Shown in pieces: positions 20,198 to 28,430 of a DNA stretch of 64,000 nt. The notes under the pieces were generated by a model. It worked only from the letters and a program-made list of their open reading frames with translations. It was not told the origin of the DNA and ran no database searches. Every line of letters begins with the position of its first letter. Within the stretch, counting starts at the first letter, position 1. Source of the DNA: an uncultured delta proteobacterium (GTDB lineage Bacteria; Desulfobacterota; Desulfobacteria; Desulfobacterales; B30-G6); assembly GCA_963823335.1 (NCBI GenBank), contig CAWGLD010000004.1:4382-68381 (forward strand). The letters run 5' to 3'. Both the position numbers and the translations under genes were made by a program.

Positions 20198-22039
20198 TTA
20201 TCTCTGCCCATCCCCAACCGCCAGCGCCTCCTCGAATCTCGCTATCTGCTCCTGGTAATAGACCCGGTCCTTTTTTGCAATCGCCAGGGCTTCCTTCTCT
20301 ATTGCCAGGGCGGCCTCAGTCTCACCATTGATAAAATAGCTTTCGGCAAGTGTGTCCAGAACATGGGCTTCCCTTTCAAGGCCAACGGCTCTTTTGGCCA
20401 GGGTAAGTGCTCTTTCCGGATTGCGAAAGTTTTTATCTTCACATGTGGCGTAAAGCCATGCCAGATTATTGAGTGCTCTTGAATGCTGCCCGGCCAGTTC
20501 AATGGCTTTTTCGTATTGGAATGCCGCATCACCATAGTTGTTTCTGCTGAAATAAAGATCTCCCATCAGGGTATACAGATCCGCATTGTCAGGCGTTTTT
20601 GCAAGCTCCTTTCCAATAACCTTTTCAAAATAATGGGTATTGAGTACCGCTCCGGCTTCACCGTAATTGAGTTGATACCCAACACCGCCTATCAGAACGA
20701 GCCCCACCAGATATACCCCGATGAACTTGCGCACTTTGCTGTCATGCCTGCCGACATGGGTTCGATTTTTCTCACATTTTTGTAAAAACTCGATCCGTTC
20801 GGCAATGCTGAAATGATGCCAATTGGGTTTGTCGGGTGATTGCCTGCCGGCTATGGATATCTTTTTCAGGGTACTGATAAGGGGTACGGCGGTGTCGAAT
20901 ATCGTGTACACATACGCATCGGCCTGGCGTTCAAAATTGCGCATGAAAAAACCAAAAATAAAACGAAAATAAGTTAGAAAGGTCGCAATAATGACCAGAC
21001 TGAAGAGAATAGATGTGACCGTGACCGGGTTGAAACCCATGCGGTTAAAAGCCCTGACAAGAGGGTCGACGTAAATCATGGCATAGACAATCAAATCCAG
21101 AAACGAGAATGAAATGATCATGTAGCCCACGAAAAAGAAGAGGTAAAACAACAGATGGCGCTTTTTTACGTGTCCTATTTCATGGGCGATAACGGCGTCC
21201 ACTTCCTGTGGATCCAGGAAATTCAGCAGAGCACGCGTCACCAGAATATAGCGGAACCTCTTTAACAGTCCCATGACACCGGCCGTGATGATCCTGCCTT
21301 CAAAAATCGGCCAGTTGAGTATATCCCGGTATCCCAGATTAACAGATTGGCAGAGTTTTTCGATGCGGGTGCGGTGCTCCCCCTGTGCCAGGGGCCCGCA
21401 ACCCCAGAACTTTTGGATCAACAGGGGACCCATCATGGCAACGATGACCAGAAAGACCATAAAATATAAGATTTCACCCTCCGGGGTGGAGAGAAAACGT
21501 GTGAAAACTCCCATGGGCAGGATATGAATAATATCGGAGAAGCCTGAAATAAAGACCCAGGGGAGTAGTACCGGCATGGAAAAAGAAATATTGGATGTCA
21601 CATAAGCCCGCCTGCCGATCCTGGCATGATACAGCATTTGATAGGATCGGTGAGCACATGCCCAGAGAACGGACAGGTAGGCAATAAACAGCAGTATGAA
21701 CAGGATTGCCTGCAATGTTGGAAAAAGAACAAAAAGACGGAAGTTCGATACAAAGGATGAGATATTCAGCCCGTATATATCCACGGCAAAGATGAGAATG
21801 GCCAAAATTGAGTGCCGGGTGAGCAGCGATGTGAACCGGGAGTCAATCTCCGCATCACCACGGGGTGTTATCCTTCGGTTCAAACGCTGGAATTGTCGCC
21901 ATGTATATACCGTGTAGACAAACAGCAAAAATAGAAATAAAAAAAGACTCTGGAGTGCCGTAAAGTTGGTTGTGTCGGATGGCTGATAGGTGGAGTAGAC
22001 CAGCAGGGCGATAATAAAATAGAAAAAATTAGCAAACAT
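20198..22039 (-). CDS. M48-family zinc metalloprotease, polytopic, with C-terminal TPR domain
   Basis: HEIGHVKKRH (HExxH). Multiple N-terminal TM helices. C-terminal TPR repeats. Confidence 0.85.
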   Translation of the reverse strand: MFANFFYFIIALLVYSTYQPSDTTNFTALQSLFLFLFLLFVYTVYTWRQFQRLNRRITPRGDAEIDSRFTSLLTRHSILAILIFAVDIYGLNISSFVSNFRLFVLFPTLQAILFILLFIAYLSVLWACAHRSYQMLYHARIGRRAYVTSNISFSMPVLLPWVFISGFSDIIHILPMGVFTRFLSTPEGEILYFMVFLVIVAMMGPLLIQKFWGCGPLAQGEHRTRIEKLCQSVNLGYRDILNWPIFEGRIITAGVMGLLKRFRYILVTRALLNFLDPQEVDAVIAHEIGHVKKRHLLFYLFFFVGYMIISFSFLDLIVYAMIYVDPLVRAFNRMGFNPVTVTSILFSLVIIATFLTYFRFIFGFFMRNFERQADAYVYTIFDTAVPLISTLKKISIAGRQSPDKPNWHHFSIAERIEFLQKCEKNRTHVGRHDSKVRKFIGVYLVGLVLIGGVGYQLNYGEAGAVLNTHYFEKVIGKELAKTPDNADLYTLMGDLYFSRNNYGDAAFQYEKAIELAGQHSRALNNLAWLYATCEDKNFRNPERALTLAKRAVGLEREAHVLDTLAESYFINGETEAALAIEKEALAIAKKDRVYYQEQIARFEEALAVGDGQR

Positions 22040-22267
22040 GGGAGCCTTTGGTTTAACCCGAACATTTCATGAAACTTGACGATGAATTCTAAATTTGAAT
22101 TTGCATCATTAGGTTTCATTATGCAAGAAGCCATTTCAAAAATAGGATTTTGGTTTTAGATCAAGGCGAGATTGAGTTTCAACCCGGAGGAATACTATAG
22201 TATTTCGAGGAGTTGGAAGTTAATCTCAACGCAGAGATTGGGCCAAAAGACAGTTTTGAAAAGGCTT

Positions 22268-22795
22268 CTATTTGTAGTATCTCTCTTTCTCACTATATAT
22301 ACACCCGCAGTAAGACTGTCGATACATCTTGAGCGCTTTTGAAGTTTCAATACCTTCTTTCCAGCCGGTCCGGAAGTCCTGATAGTAAAACGGTATGCCC
22401 ATGGCTTTGCCCACGGATTCACCGATGGATTTGATCTCCTCGTGTTTCTGGTATTTACTGTACAACAGGCTGCTGGTAAAATAGTCGAATTTGCCGTGTA
22501 TTGCCATACGGGCCGTGGAACTGAGGCGATCATGGTAGCAGTAGGTACAGCGGTCTTTCTCCCTAAAGGCAACATTTCGAAGAAATTTTTCCATCTCGTA
22601 TCCTTCCGAATAGATAACACGCAGCCCAATGGAATCCGCGTATGTCTCAAGGGTCTTTCTTCGTTTCAAACACTCCGTATAGGGATGGATATTGTGGCCG
22701 TAAAAATATCCCATCACGTCAAAATCTGCCTGTTGTAACAGCCCGATGGGGACAATGGCACAGGGTGCGCAGCAGGTGTGCAATAATATTTTCAT
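22268..22795 (-). CDS. queH: Epoxyqueuosine reductase QueH (DUF208)
   Basis: LLHTCCAPC at the N-terminus and YCGCIYS near the C-terminus. Confidence 0.85.
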   Translation of the reverse strand: MKILLHTCCAPCAIVPIGLLQQADFDVMGYFYGHNIHPYTECLKRRKTLETYADSIGLRVIYSEGYEMEKFLRNVAFREKDRCTYCYHDRLSSTARMAIHGKFDYFTSSLLYSKYQKHEEIKSIGESVGKAMGIPFYYQDFRTGWKEGIETSKALKMYRQSYCGCIYSEKERYYK

Positions 22796-23475
22796 GCGCG
22801 TTCTCCAAAAATGGCTGTCCCGATACGAACAAAGGTGGCACCTTCCTGAATGGCCACCTCAAAATCGCCGGTCATTCCCATGGAAAGCTCGTCCATTGCA
22901 ACACCTGGGATCTTCATGGCACGAAGTTGATCCCCTAGTTGTCTCAAGGTCTTGAAATAGGGTCGCGCCTTTTCCGGAGCGTTAAAATAGGGCGGCATGG
23001 TCATGAGGCCCTTGACTTGAAGATGGGGTAGTTGACTCATCTCGGTCACGAGCCGGGCCGTGTCCTCCAAGAGAACACCGGACTTGCTGGTTTCTTCTGC
23101 GATGTTGACCTGAACCAGCACGTTCTGTATTTTGCCGATCTTCCCGGCCTGTTTGTCTATTTCTATTGAAAGTTTCAGGGAATCGACGGAATGGATCAGA
23201 TCGAATATTTTTACCACGTATCTGGCTTTGTTTGACTGAAGGTGCCCGATAAAATGCCAGGAAAGAGGATGCGCATAGAGGGCATTGAATTTATCCCGGG
23301 CTTCTTGAACATAGCTTTCACCCAACACAGTTAGGCCCAGTTCGATGGCTGTCAGAAGCCTTTCAACGGGTACGGTTTTAGTCACGGCAACCAGTTGGAC
23401 ATCCTCGGGCCGTCGCCCGGAATCTGCAGCTGCTGTCGCGATTCTACGCCTTACCATTGATAATCGGTCTTTCAA
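22792..23475 (-). CDS. yggS: YggS-family PLP-binding protein
   Basis: LVAVTKT (PLP Lys), HFIGHLQSNK, LSMGMTGDFEVAI. ATGA overlap with queH. Confidence 0.9.
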   Translation of the reverse strand: MKDRLSMVRRRIATAAADSGRRPEDVQLVAVTKTVPVERLLTAIELGLTVLGESYVQEARDKFNALYAHPLSWHFIGHLQSNKARYVVKIFDLIHSVDSLKLSIEIDKQAGKIGKIQNVLVQVNIAEETSKSGVLLEDTARLVTEMSQLPHLQVKGLMTMPPYFNAPEKARPYFKTLRQLGDQLRAMKIPGVAMDELSMGMTGDFEVAIQEGATFVRIGTAIFGERA

Positions 23476-24068
23476 TATATCTCCCTTTCTATGATGCCGT
23501 TTTTCAAAAGATGCTCAAGCACCTCACAGACCGGCAGCCCAACGACATTGGTATACGACCCGCAAATCCGCTTGACCAGAAACGAACCCAGCCCCTGAAT
23601 GGCATATGCGCCGGCTTTGTCATAGGGCTCTTGGGTCTGAATGTACCATTCGATGTCCGCTTGACTGAGATTCCTGAAATGAACATCTGTTTTTTCAACA
23701 CCGGAGATACAGGTTTGCGTGGCTTCACAAAAAATGGCATACCCGCTAAAAACTTCATGGATCTGTCCATTCAATTGCTGAATCATCCGCCGGGCTGTTT
23801 CAATGGAATCCGGTTTACCTAGAATCTCGCCCTGAATGAGAACAATGGTGTCGGCACCGATGACCCAGCTTTCAGGGTAAGCAGCGGCAACGTCCCTGGC
23901 CTTGGCCTCCGCCAGAGTCTTAACAAGCTTTTCAGGTGTCCTGATATCGATACCGTTCTCATCCACGCAACTTGGAATGACCGCAAAAGTGAGACCCGCC
24001 TGCTCCAGAAGATCTTTGCGCCTGGGAGATTTGGATGCCAGAATGAGAGGAGGGGATTTCGTTTTCAT
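23472..24068 (-). CDS. maf: Maf-like nucleoside-triphosphate pyrophosphatase
   Basis: LILASKSPRRKDLL, GADTIV, AGAYAIQG. An internal ATG at 24068 is preferred over the track start at 24101. Confidence 0.9.
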   Translation of the reverse strand: MKTKSPPLILASKSPRRKDLLEQAGLTFAVIPSCVDENGIDIRTPEKLVKTLAEAKARDVAAAYPESWVIGADTIVLIQGEILGKPDSIETARRMIQQLNGQIHEVFSGYAIFCEATQTCISGVEKTDVHFRNLSQADIEWYIQTQEPYDKAGAYAIQGLGSFLVKRICGSYTNVVGLPVCEVLEHLLKNGIIEREIY

Positions 24069-24298
24069 ATGGGTTGATGCCCTTGATCCCAAAAACGACA
24101 ACGTCGCGTCATATAAATTTATAAAACAAATTTATTATCAGATGCTCTTCCGCTTAGCAAGCATCGATACATGGTTCTGGCCGGCAATACAAACCGGTAT
24201 AAAAATCTGATTGACTTTGTGCTGACCTTCAGAAAACCCAAACATCTTGGCTTGACAATGGTTTCGTTAATCGATACATCTCAATCCATCCAAAATAC

Positions 24299-24387
24299 GC
24301 CTGGGTGGCGGAATAGGTAGACGCAAGGGACTTAAAATCCCTCGGCCCTTAGTGGCTGTACGAGTTCAATTCTCGTCCCGGGCACCA
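24299..24387 (+). tRNA. tRNA-Leu (anticodon UAA), long variable arm, CCA encoded
   Basis: GCCTGGGTGGCGGAATAGGTAGACGCAAGGGACTTAAAATCCCTCGGCCCTTAGTGGCTGTACGAGTTCAATTCTCGTCCCGGGCACCA. Cloverleaf drawn by hand. TTGACA lies about 45 nt upstream. Confidence 0.9.
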
Positions 24388-24636
24388 TGATATCAAGGGG
24401 TTAGCCGACATGCTGGCCCTTTTTTCTTTAGGTGTTGACTTGAATTTACACAATCGTATTTGTCCAGATTGTCCCACCGATGAACAGTTGTATCACCCAA
24501 AAGTGTTTGCACTGACATAATTCAAACCGTAGGTTTAATGATAAAAACTGACCTTGCGCGGCAAGCTTCAAATCTTTAGTTTGCCACAATTCTTTAGCGA
24601 TAACGTAATATTACTCTGGCCTGATTATGCTTTCCA

Positions 24637-24735
24637 TAAATATTCCGGTAGCCGGTGTGCGAAAATAATCACAACTGGTCAAAGCTTGTATTCATAGGCC
24701 CCTCCGTGGTACGCTGGGCATGACCAGATGGTATC
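24637..24735 (+). repeat. Direct repeat R1 (partner R2 at 27610-27701)
   Basis: Two identical 20-mers (CCGGTGTGCGAAAATAATCA and GGGCATGACCAGATGGTATC) bracket a 49-nt core. The core has the same length as in R2 but is diverged. Confidence 0.8.
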
Positions 24736-24840
24736 AGCTTGATAAATGGGCATCTCCATTTATCACCACTTGGCATAATCTTGTAATACTGGCAAGTAAT
24801 CTCAGGTTTGATAATCTATTTTGTATCGTAGGATCTGTTT

Positions 24841-25278
24841 ATGAAAATTACCTATATATTTTTTGGATCTGTTTATGGGATTTTTATCTTATTTGTCAGT
24901 ATTGGCAGTGCAGCCAATTACACATTTACCTGTGACAAACCCCATCGAAATGACAATGTAATTGGATACAAGGTCTATTACAGGTTGAATTCCGGTACAT
25001 ACGATGGAGAATTTGAGCGGTGTCAAACTACCGATCCGAAATTTGATCGTGTTAAACATACTGGAAAATCGATTTGCCGGATGTTGCTGAAGAATACTGT
25101 TTTGCCGCTACAGCTTGGGAGCTGATGATTTCGAAAGCAATCCTTCCTAATGAAATTGGCTACGGTACGACCTGCGGTCAAATAAATTACGTAACAATCG
25201 GTGGAGCATGGTGGTGGCGATGGAGGCGGCGGCGGTGGTGGTGGTGGATGTTTTATTGGGGCGATGGAAGTGGAATGA
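24841..25278 (+). pseudogene. FN3-like secreted protein, multiply frameshifted paralogue of 25291-25731
   Basis: The signal peptide and Y.F.CD..H.ND.V.GY.VYYR align to the downstream copy. The LPDV.EEYCF..TA, NEIG.GTTCGQI and Gly-run+CFI segments are found in three different frames. Confidence 0.7.
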
Positions 25279-25290
25279 TAAAGGACGATT

Positions 25291-25731
25291 ATGAAAATTG
25301 CCTTTATGTTTATTGTATCCGTTCTGGGATTATGTATCTTTTCCGTCAATGTAGGTCGTACAGGCGAATACCACTTTGTCTGGGATCCACACCCCAATGA
25401 CCAGGTTGTTGAATTTAGGATCTATTACAGGATTAATTCCAGTCTTTACAATAAGACAGATTTTGAACCGGTGCAAATTAGCAATCCGAAATATAATCCA
25501 ACCAAGCCAGACTGGATATTAGTATTGCCGGATGTTACTGAAGAATACTGTTTTACCGTTACAGCGGTCGACGATAATGGTTATGAAAGTCATCATTCCA
25601 ATGAAATAGGCATGGGCACGACATGCGGTCAAATAGTTAATGATGGCAGTGTAAATGATGGTAGGAGCGGAGGTGGCAGATGTTTTATTTTACAGGGCAT
25701 TCTACATGACAAACGATGGGATTCTTATTAA
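25291..25731 (+). CDS. FN3-like secreted protein, C-terminally truncated right after a GGG(R)CFI motif
   Basis: Signal peptide. An FN3-like EYCFTVTAVDDNGYESHHSNE strand pattern. A Gly-rich linker followed by CFI, then unrelated sequence. Confidence 0.6.
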   Translation: MKIAFMFIVSVLGLCIFSVNVGRTGEYHFVWDPHPNDQVVEFRIYYRINSSLYNKTDFEPVQISNPKYNPTKPDWILVLPDVTEEYCFTVTAVDDNGYESHHSNEIGMGTTCGQIVNDGSVNDGRSGGGRCFILQGILHDKRWDSY

Positions 25732-26197
25732 ATCTTTTGTTTTCGGTCCTGCCTTGGAATCCGATTACGGGTCAAGTTTAGAAATACTCTACAAAATACT
25801 TAAGGGAAAATACCCGATGGTGCCAAAACTTGGTTTCGAGATTGTAGACGTCAGGGATGTTGCCGCTCTACACCGCTTGGCATACGAATCTCCCGATGCT
25901 ATAGGAAGACGCTTTCTCTGTTCAAGTGGGTTTCGGTGGTTGAAGGACATGTCTATATTTATTCGTGAAAAATTTCCTGAACATCGGGAAAAGATATCTG
26001 TCAGGGAAATGCCGAATTTACTTTTCAAAATCATTTCATTTTTCGATGGTAGTGCTGCCAGGTTTGTACCCTATTTGGAAATTAAAAGAGAGATGGATAT
26101 CAGCCCTGCACGGGAGGTGCTTGGATGGAATCCCAGGTCGCCAGAAGAATCTATTAAATCAGGTGCTCGTAGCCTTATTGATTTTGGGATTGTATAG
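25720..26197 (+). pseudogene. 5'-truncated NAD-dependent epimerase/dehydratase (extended SDR, aldehyde/flavonol-reductase-like) fragment
   Basis: Only the C-terminal roughly 160 aa is present (FVFGPALE...VDVRDVAALH...LGWNPRSPEESI). No Rossmann GxxGxxG N-terminus. Confidence 0.7.
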
Positions 26198-26273
26198 GCA
26201 AAATATAATTTAGATTTCCAAAATGGGAAGGATCCAAAACAATACTATCTATAGCTTTAACCGGGAGGAAAGT

Positions 26274-26810
26274 ATGACATCACTCACAGACCGAATGATT
26301 CGGGCAGCAAAACTGGATACAAGCCTTTATGAAGAGGTCGAAGCGGATAAAGAGGCCATGGGACAAGCCATGACAGTTGTTATTCTTTCCAGTGCTGCAG
26401 CAGGAATCGGAACTATCGGTGCAGCAGGGCTGAAGGGTCTTATTTTCGGAACCATAGCTGCTCTTGCAGGCTGGTTTATCTGGGCGTATTTGACATATGC
26501 TATTGGGACAAAGTTATTAGCTGAGCCACAAACAAAAGCAGACTATGGGGAATTACTGCGTACTATCGGTTTCTCCAGCTCTCCTGGAGTGCTTCGTATT
26601 TTTAGTATCATTCCCATGCTTGGGAACATCCTAAATTTGATTTGCGGTATCTGGATGCTGGTAGCGATGGTCATTGCCGTAAGACAAGCACTTGACTATA
26701 AAAGTACTTGGCGGTCAGTTGCTGTTTGCCTTATTGGTTTTATTGTTCAACTAATTGTTTTTGGTTTGTTTTTTCGGTTGGTAGGGGGATTCGGACCTTC
26801 ACAACCATAG
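26274..26810 (+). CDS. Yip1-domain membrane protein
   Basis: ATG 26274 follows GGGAGGA. The N-terminal MIRAAKLD..LYEEVE is followed by 4-5 TM helices, typical of bacterial Yip1-like proteins. Confidence 0.7.
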   Translation: MTSLTDRMIRAAKLDTSLYEEVEADKEAMGQAMTVVILSSAAAGIGTIGAAGLKGLIFGTIAALAGWFIWAYLTYAIGTKLLAEPQTKADYGELLRTIGFSSSPGVLRIFSIIPMLGNILNLICGIWMLVAMVIAVRQALDYKSTWRSVAVCLIGFIVQLIVFGLFFRLVGGFGPSQP

Positions 26811-26903
26811 TTTATATTTTAGGCTTTTCTCCCGATTTGTTGTAGAAATGCTGTTGGTGGAAGCCTTGTCGAAATCGGGATCGCTATCGGGATCGGGATC
26901 GAG

Positions 26904-27299
26904 ATGGTATTAGGTCATGAAAAATTAGACGTTTACCGCCTTTCAATCGGCTATGTCGCATGGGTTTATGAAAAGTGTGCCAGGCTGAGAGGCGTCCATC
27001 GTTCAGCAAGAGACCAGTGGCTTCGAGCCAGCCAGTCGATTGCGCTTAATATTGCAGAAGGCAACGGTAAGACAGCGAAGGCTGATCGGCGGCGATATTT
27101 CGAAATAGCGCGTGGGTCGGCATTGGAGTGTGCCGCAATCCAAGATGTCTTGGTAGTCGGAAAAGGTTTGGATAAAGTAGAAAGCCGGCAGCGCAAAGGT
27201 GAATTGGACCGCATTGCTGCAATGCTTAGTCGATTGGGCGGCAGGGGTTATAGCGTAAAGGAAGGGTTCGGGGAATACGGCTATACTGAACGGCAATAG
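26904..27299 (+). CDS. Four-helix-bundle protein (23S rRNA intervening-sequence protein / Avd-like family)
   Basis: KLDVYRLS...QWLRASQSIALNIAEGNGK...RRYFEIARGSALECAA, the family signature recalled for PF05635/TIGR02436-type proteins. Confidence 0.9.
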   Translation: MVLGHEKLDVYRLSIGYVAWVYEKCARLRGVHRSARDQWLRASQSIALNIAEGNGKTAKADRRRYFEIARGSALECAAIQDVLVVGKGLDKVESRQRKGELDRIAAMLSRLGGRGYSVKEGFGEYGYTERQ

Positions 27300-27403
27300 C
27301 GAGCGCATTCCCCGTAGCTTGCTGCGGGGTTAGCGAGCGAATCAAATAGATAAAATCCTTACCGCGAAGATTCCCTGCAGCTTGCTGCAGGGTACTCTTC
27401 AAT
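27298..27403 (-). repeat. Palindromic module family E, copy E2 (inverted relative to E3/E4)
   Basis: The reverse complement reads ATTGAAGAGTACCCTGCAGCAAGCTGCAGGGAAT...TTCGCTCGCTAACCCCGCAGCAAGCTACGGGGAATGCGCTCGCT. Confidence 0.8.
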
Positions 27404-27609
27404 TCGATCCCGATCCCGATCCCGATAGCGATTTCGATAAGATATAGCCCGAGCTGTATTTCTCTTGACCCGAATTTTGGAGCCCTTTCCTCCAACTAAA
27501 TTGGGAGAAGATCCATATTTTATTCCCGCATTATAATAGATATCTCCTAATTTCCGAGATCTCAATAGAATGCGATACAGCTCCAACAAAACAAGGTTAA
27601 CAGACCCCT

Positions 27610-27701
27610 AAATATTTCCGGTGTGCGAAAATAATCATCACCGACCACTTTTTGTATTGATGGGGATCTTCGCTATACGTTGGGCATGACCAGATGGTAT
27701 C
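27610..27701 (+). repeat. Direct repeat R2 (partner of R1)
   Basis: See R1. It has the same two 20-mers in the same orientation, 2.97 kb downstream. Confidence 0.8.
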
Positions 27702-27910
27702 GGTAATAATTTTCTTGACATTGCCCGGAGCCCATAATATTTAAATTTTAATGTCGTGCTCATCTGAAGCTCAATCTCACCTCCAATGCGACCTACATCT
27801 TCTAGCTCTAATTTCGCTAATTTAATTCTGCATCGTACCGCACTTTCTGAACCTCTCCGCTAAAGTAGATAACGGTTTCTCGCATTTTTTTACCTAATAA
27901 TCAGGTGAGG

Positions 27911-28055
27911 ATTGAAGAACCTCGCAGCAAGCTACGAGGAATGTTCTGCTGTGCGACAGTGCTTCGCAGCGACCGTAAGGAATTCTGTCTAATTTAGATT
28001 CGCTCGCTAACCCCGCAGTAGGCTACGGGGAATGCGCTCGCTGTTGCGGTTCAAT
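27911..28055 (+). repeat. Palindromic module family E, copy E3 (full length)
   Basis: Three hairpins: CCTCG-CAGCAAGCTA-CGAGG, CTGCTG-TG-CGACAG and CCCCG-CAGTAGGCTA-CGGGG. Nearly identical to 41357-41525. Confidence 0.85.
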
Positions 28056-28084
28056 AAACCGTAAACGAGAGGTGAATAGACAAT

Positions 28085-28342
28085 ATGAAGACATTAGACG
28101 AACGCAAAAAAGAGTTTGCTATCACTTCTGATAATCTGACAGCGTATTGGAGAGAAGGTAAAAGAGATCTAAAACGATTCAATAAACTTGTGAAGCTGTA
28201 TAAGATTGCCGGTGATAATTTAACCAACCACCCAGACTATGAAGAGCCTATGCTCCGGCTGGCAAGCGAGCATTATTATAGGCGATACTACTGGCTGGCG
28301 GGTATTTACCGGCACAATCATACCGAGAAGCATGTCAGATGA
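28085..28342 (+). CDS. Hypothetical 85-aa protein
   Basis: GAGAGG RBS 8 nt upstream. No recognisable motif. Confidence 0.35.
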   Translation: MKTLDERKKEFAITSDNLTAYWREGKRDLKRFNKLVKLYKIAGDNLTNHPDYEEPMLRLASEHYYRRYYWLAGIYRHNHTEKHVR

Positions 28343-28430
28343 TTCTTTAGGTACTACGACCGCCGTGTATCTATAAAGACCATACACGCATCACACCACG
28401 CTTTAGCCTGCGTATGAATTTAATTATAAT

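Larger units (their letters stand above)
26821..27514 (+). mobile_element. Complete IVS-like hairpin cassette with 4HB cargo: diverged left terminus, GATCGG-word stem, ORF, E module, right terminus TTGGGAGAAGATCC
   Basis: Inverted arms 26869-26903 and 27404-27437. The termini resemble those of three smaller copies. ATATTTT lies directly outside both ends (26814-26820 and 27515-27521). Confidence 0.6.

Noticed and set aside
24388-24650. Integrase gene or attL/attR duplication of the tRNA-Leu 3' end marking a classical genomic island
   Set aside because: No recombinase-like ORF was found. I found no second copy of the tRNA 3' segment (…GTCCCGGGCACCA) by eye downstream. The island interpretation is kept only as an inference.
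25023-25400. Track ORFs with WWWRWRRRRWWWW (plus strand) and PPPPPPPPPSPPP (minus strand)
   Set aside because: Both are alternative-frame readings of one GGC/GGT (glycine-run) repeat at about 25215-25250. That repeat belongs to the frameshifted FN3-like pseudogene. The ORFs have no RBS and no independent support.
27226-27589. Minus-strand ORFs (…TPQQATGNALAI…, …STLQQAAGNLRGK…) overlapping the 4HB cassette
   Set aside because: They are translations of E-module hairpins (CCCCGCAGCAAGCTACGGGG-type) and GATCCC words. This is a known artefact pattern of palindromic repeats, not genes.
24637-27701. R1/R2 as a diversity-generating-retroelement template/variable repeat pair (prompted by the Avd-like 4HB gene between them)
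   Set aside because: The roughly 22 differences are spread over all four bases rather than being adenine-specific. No reverse transcriptase is present anywhere in the window.
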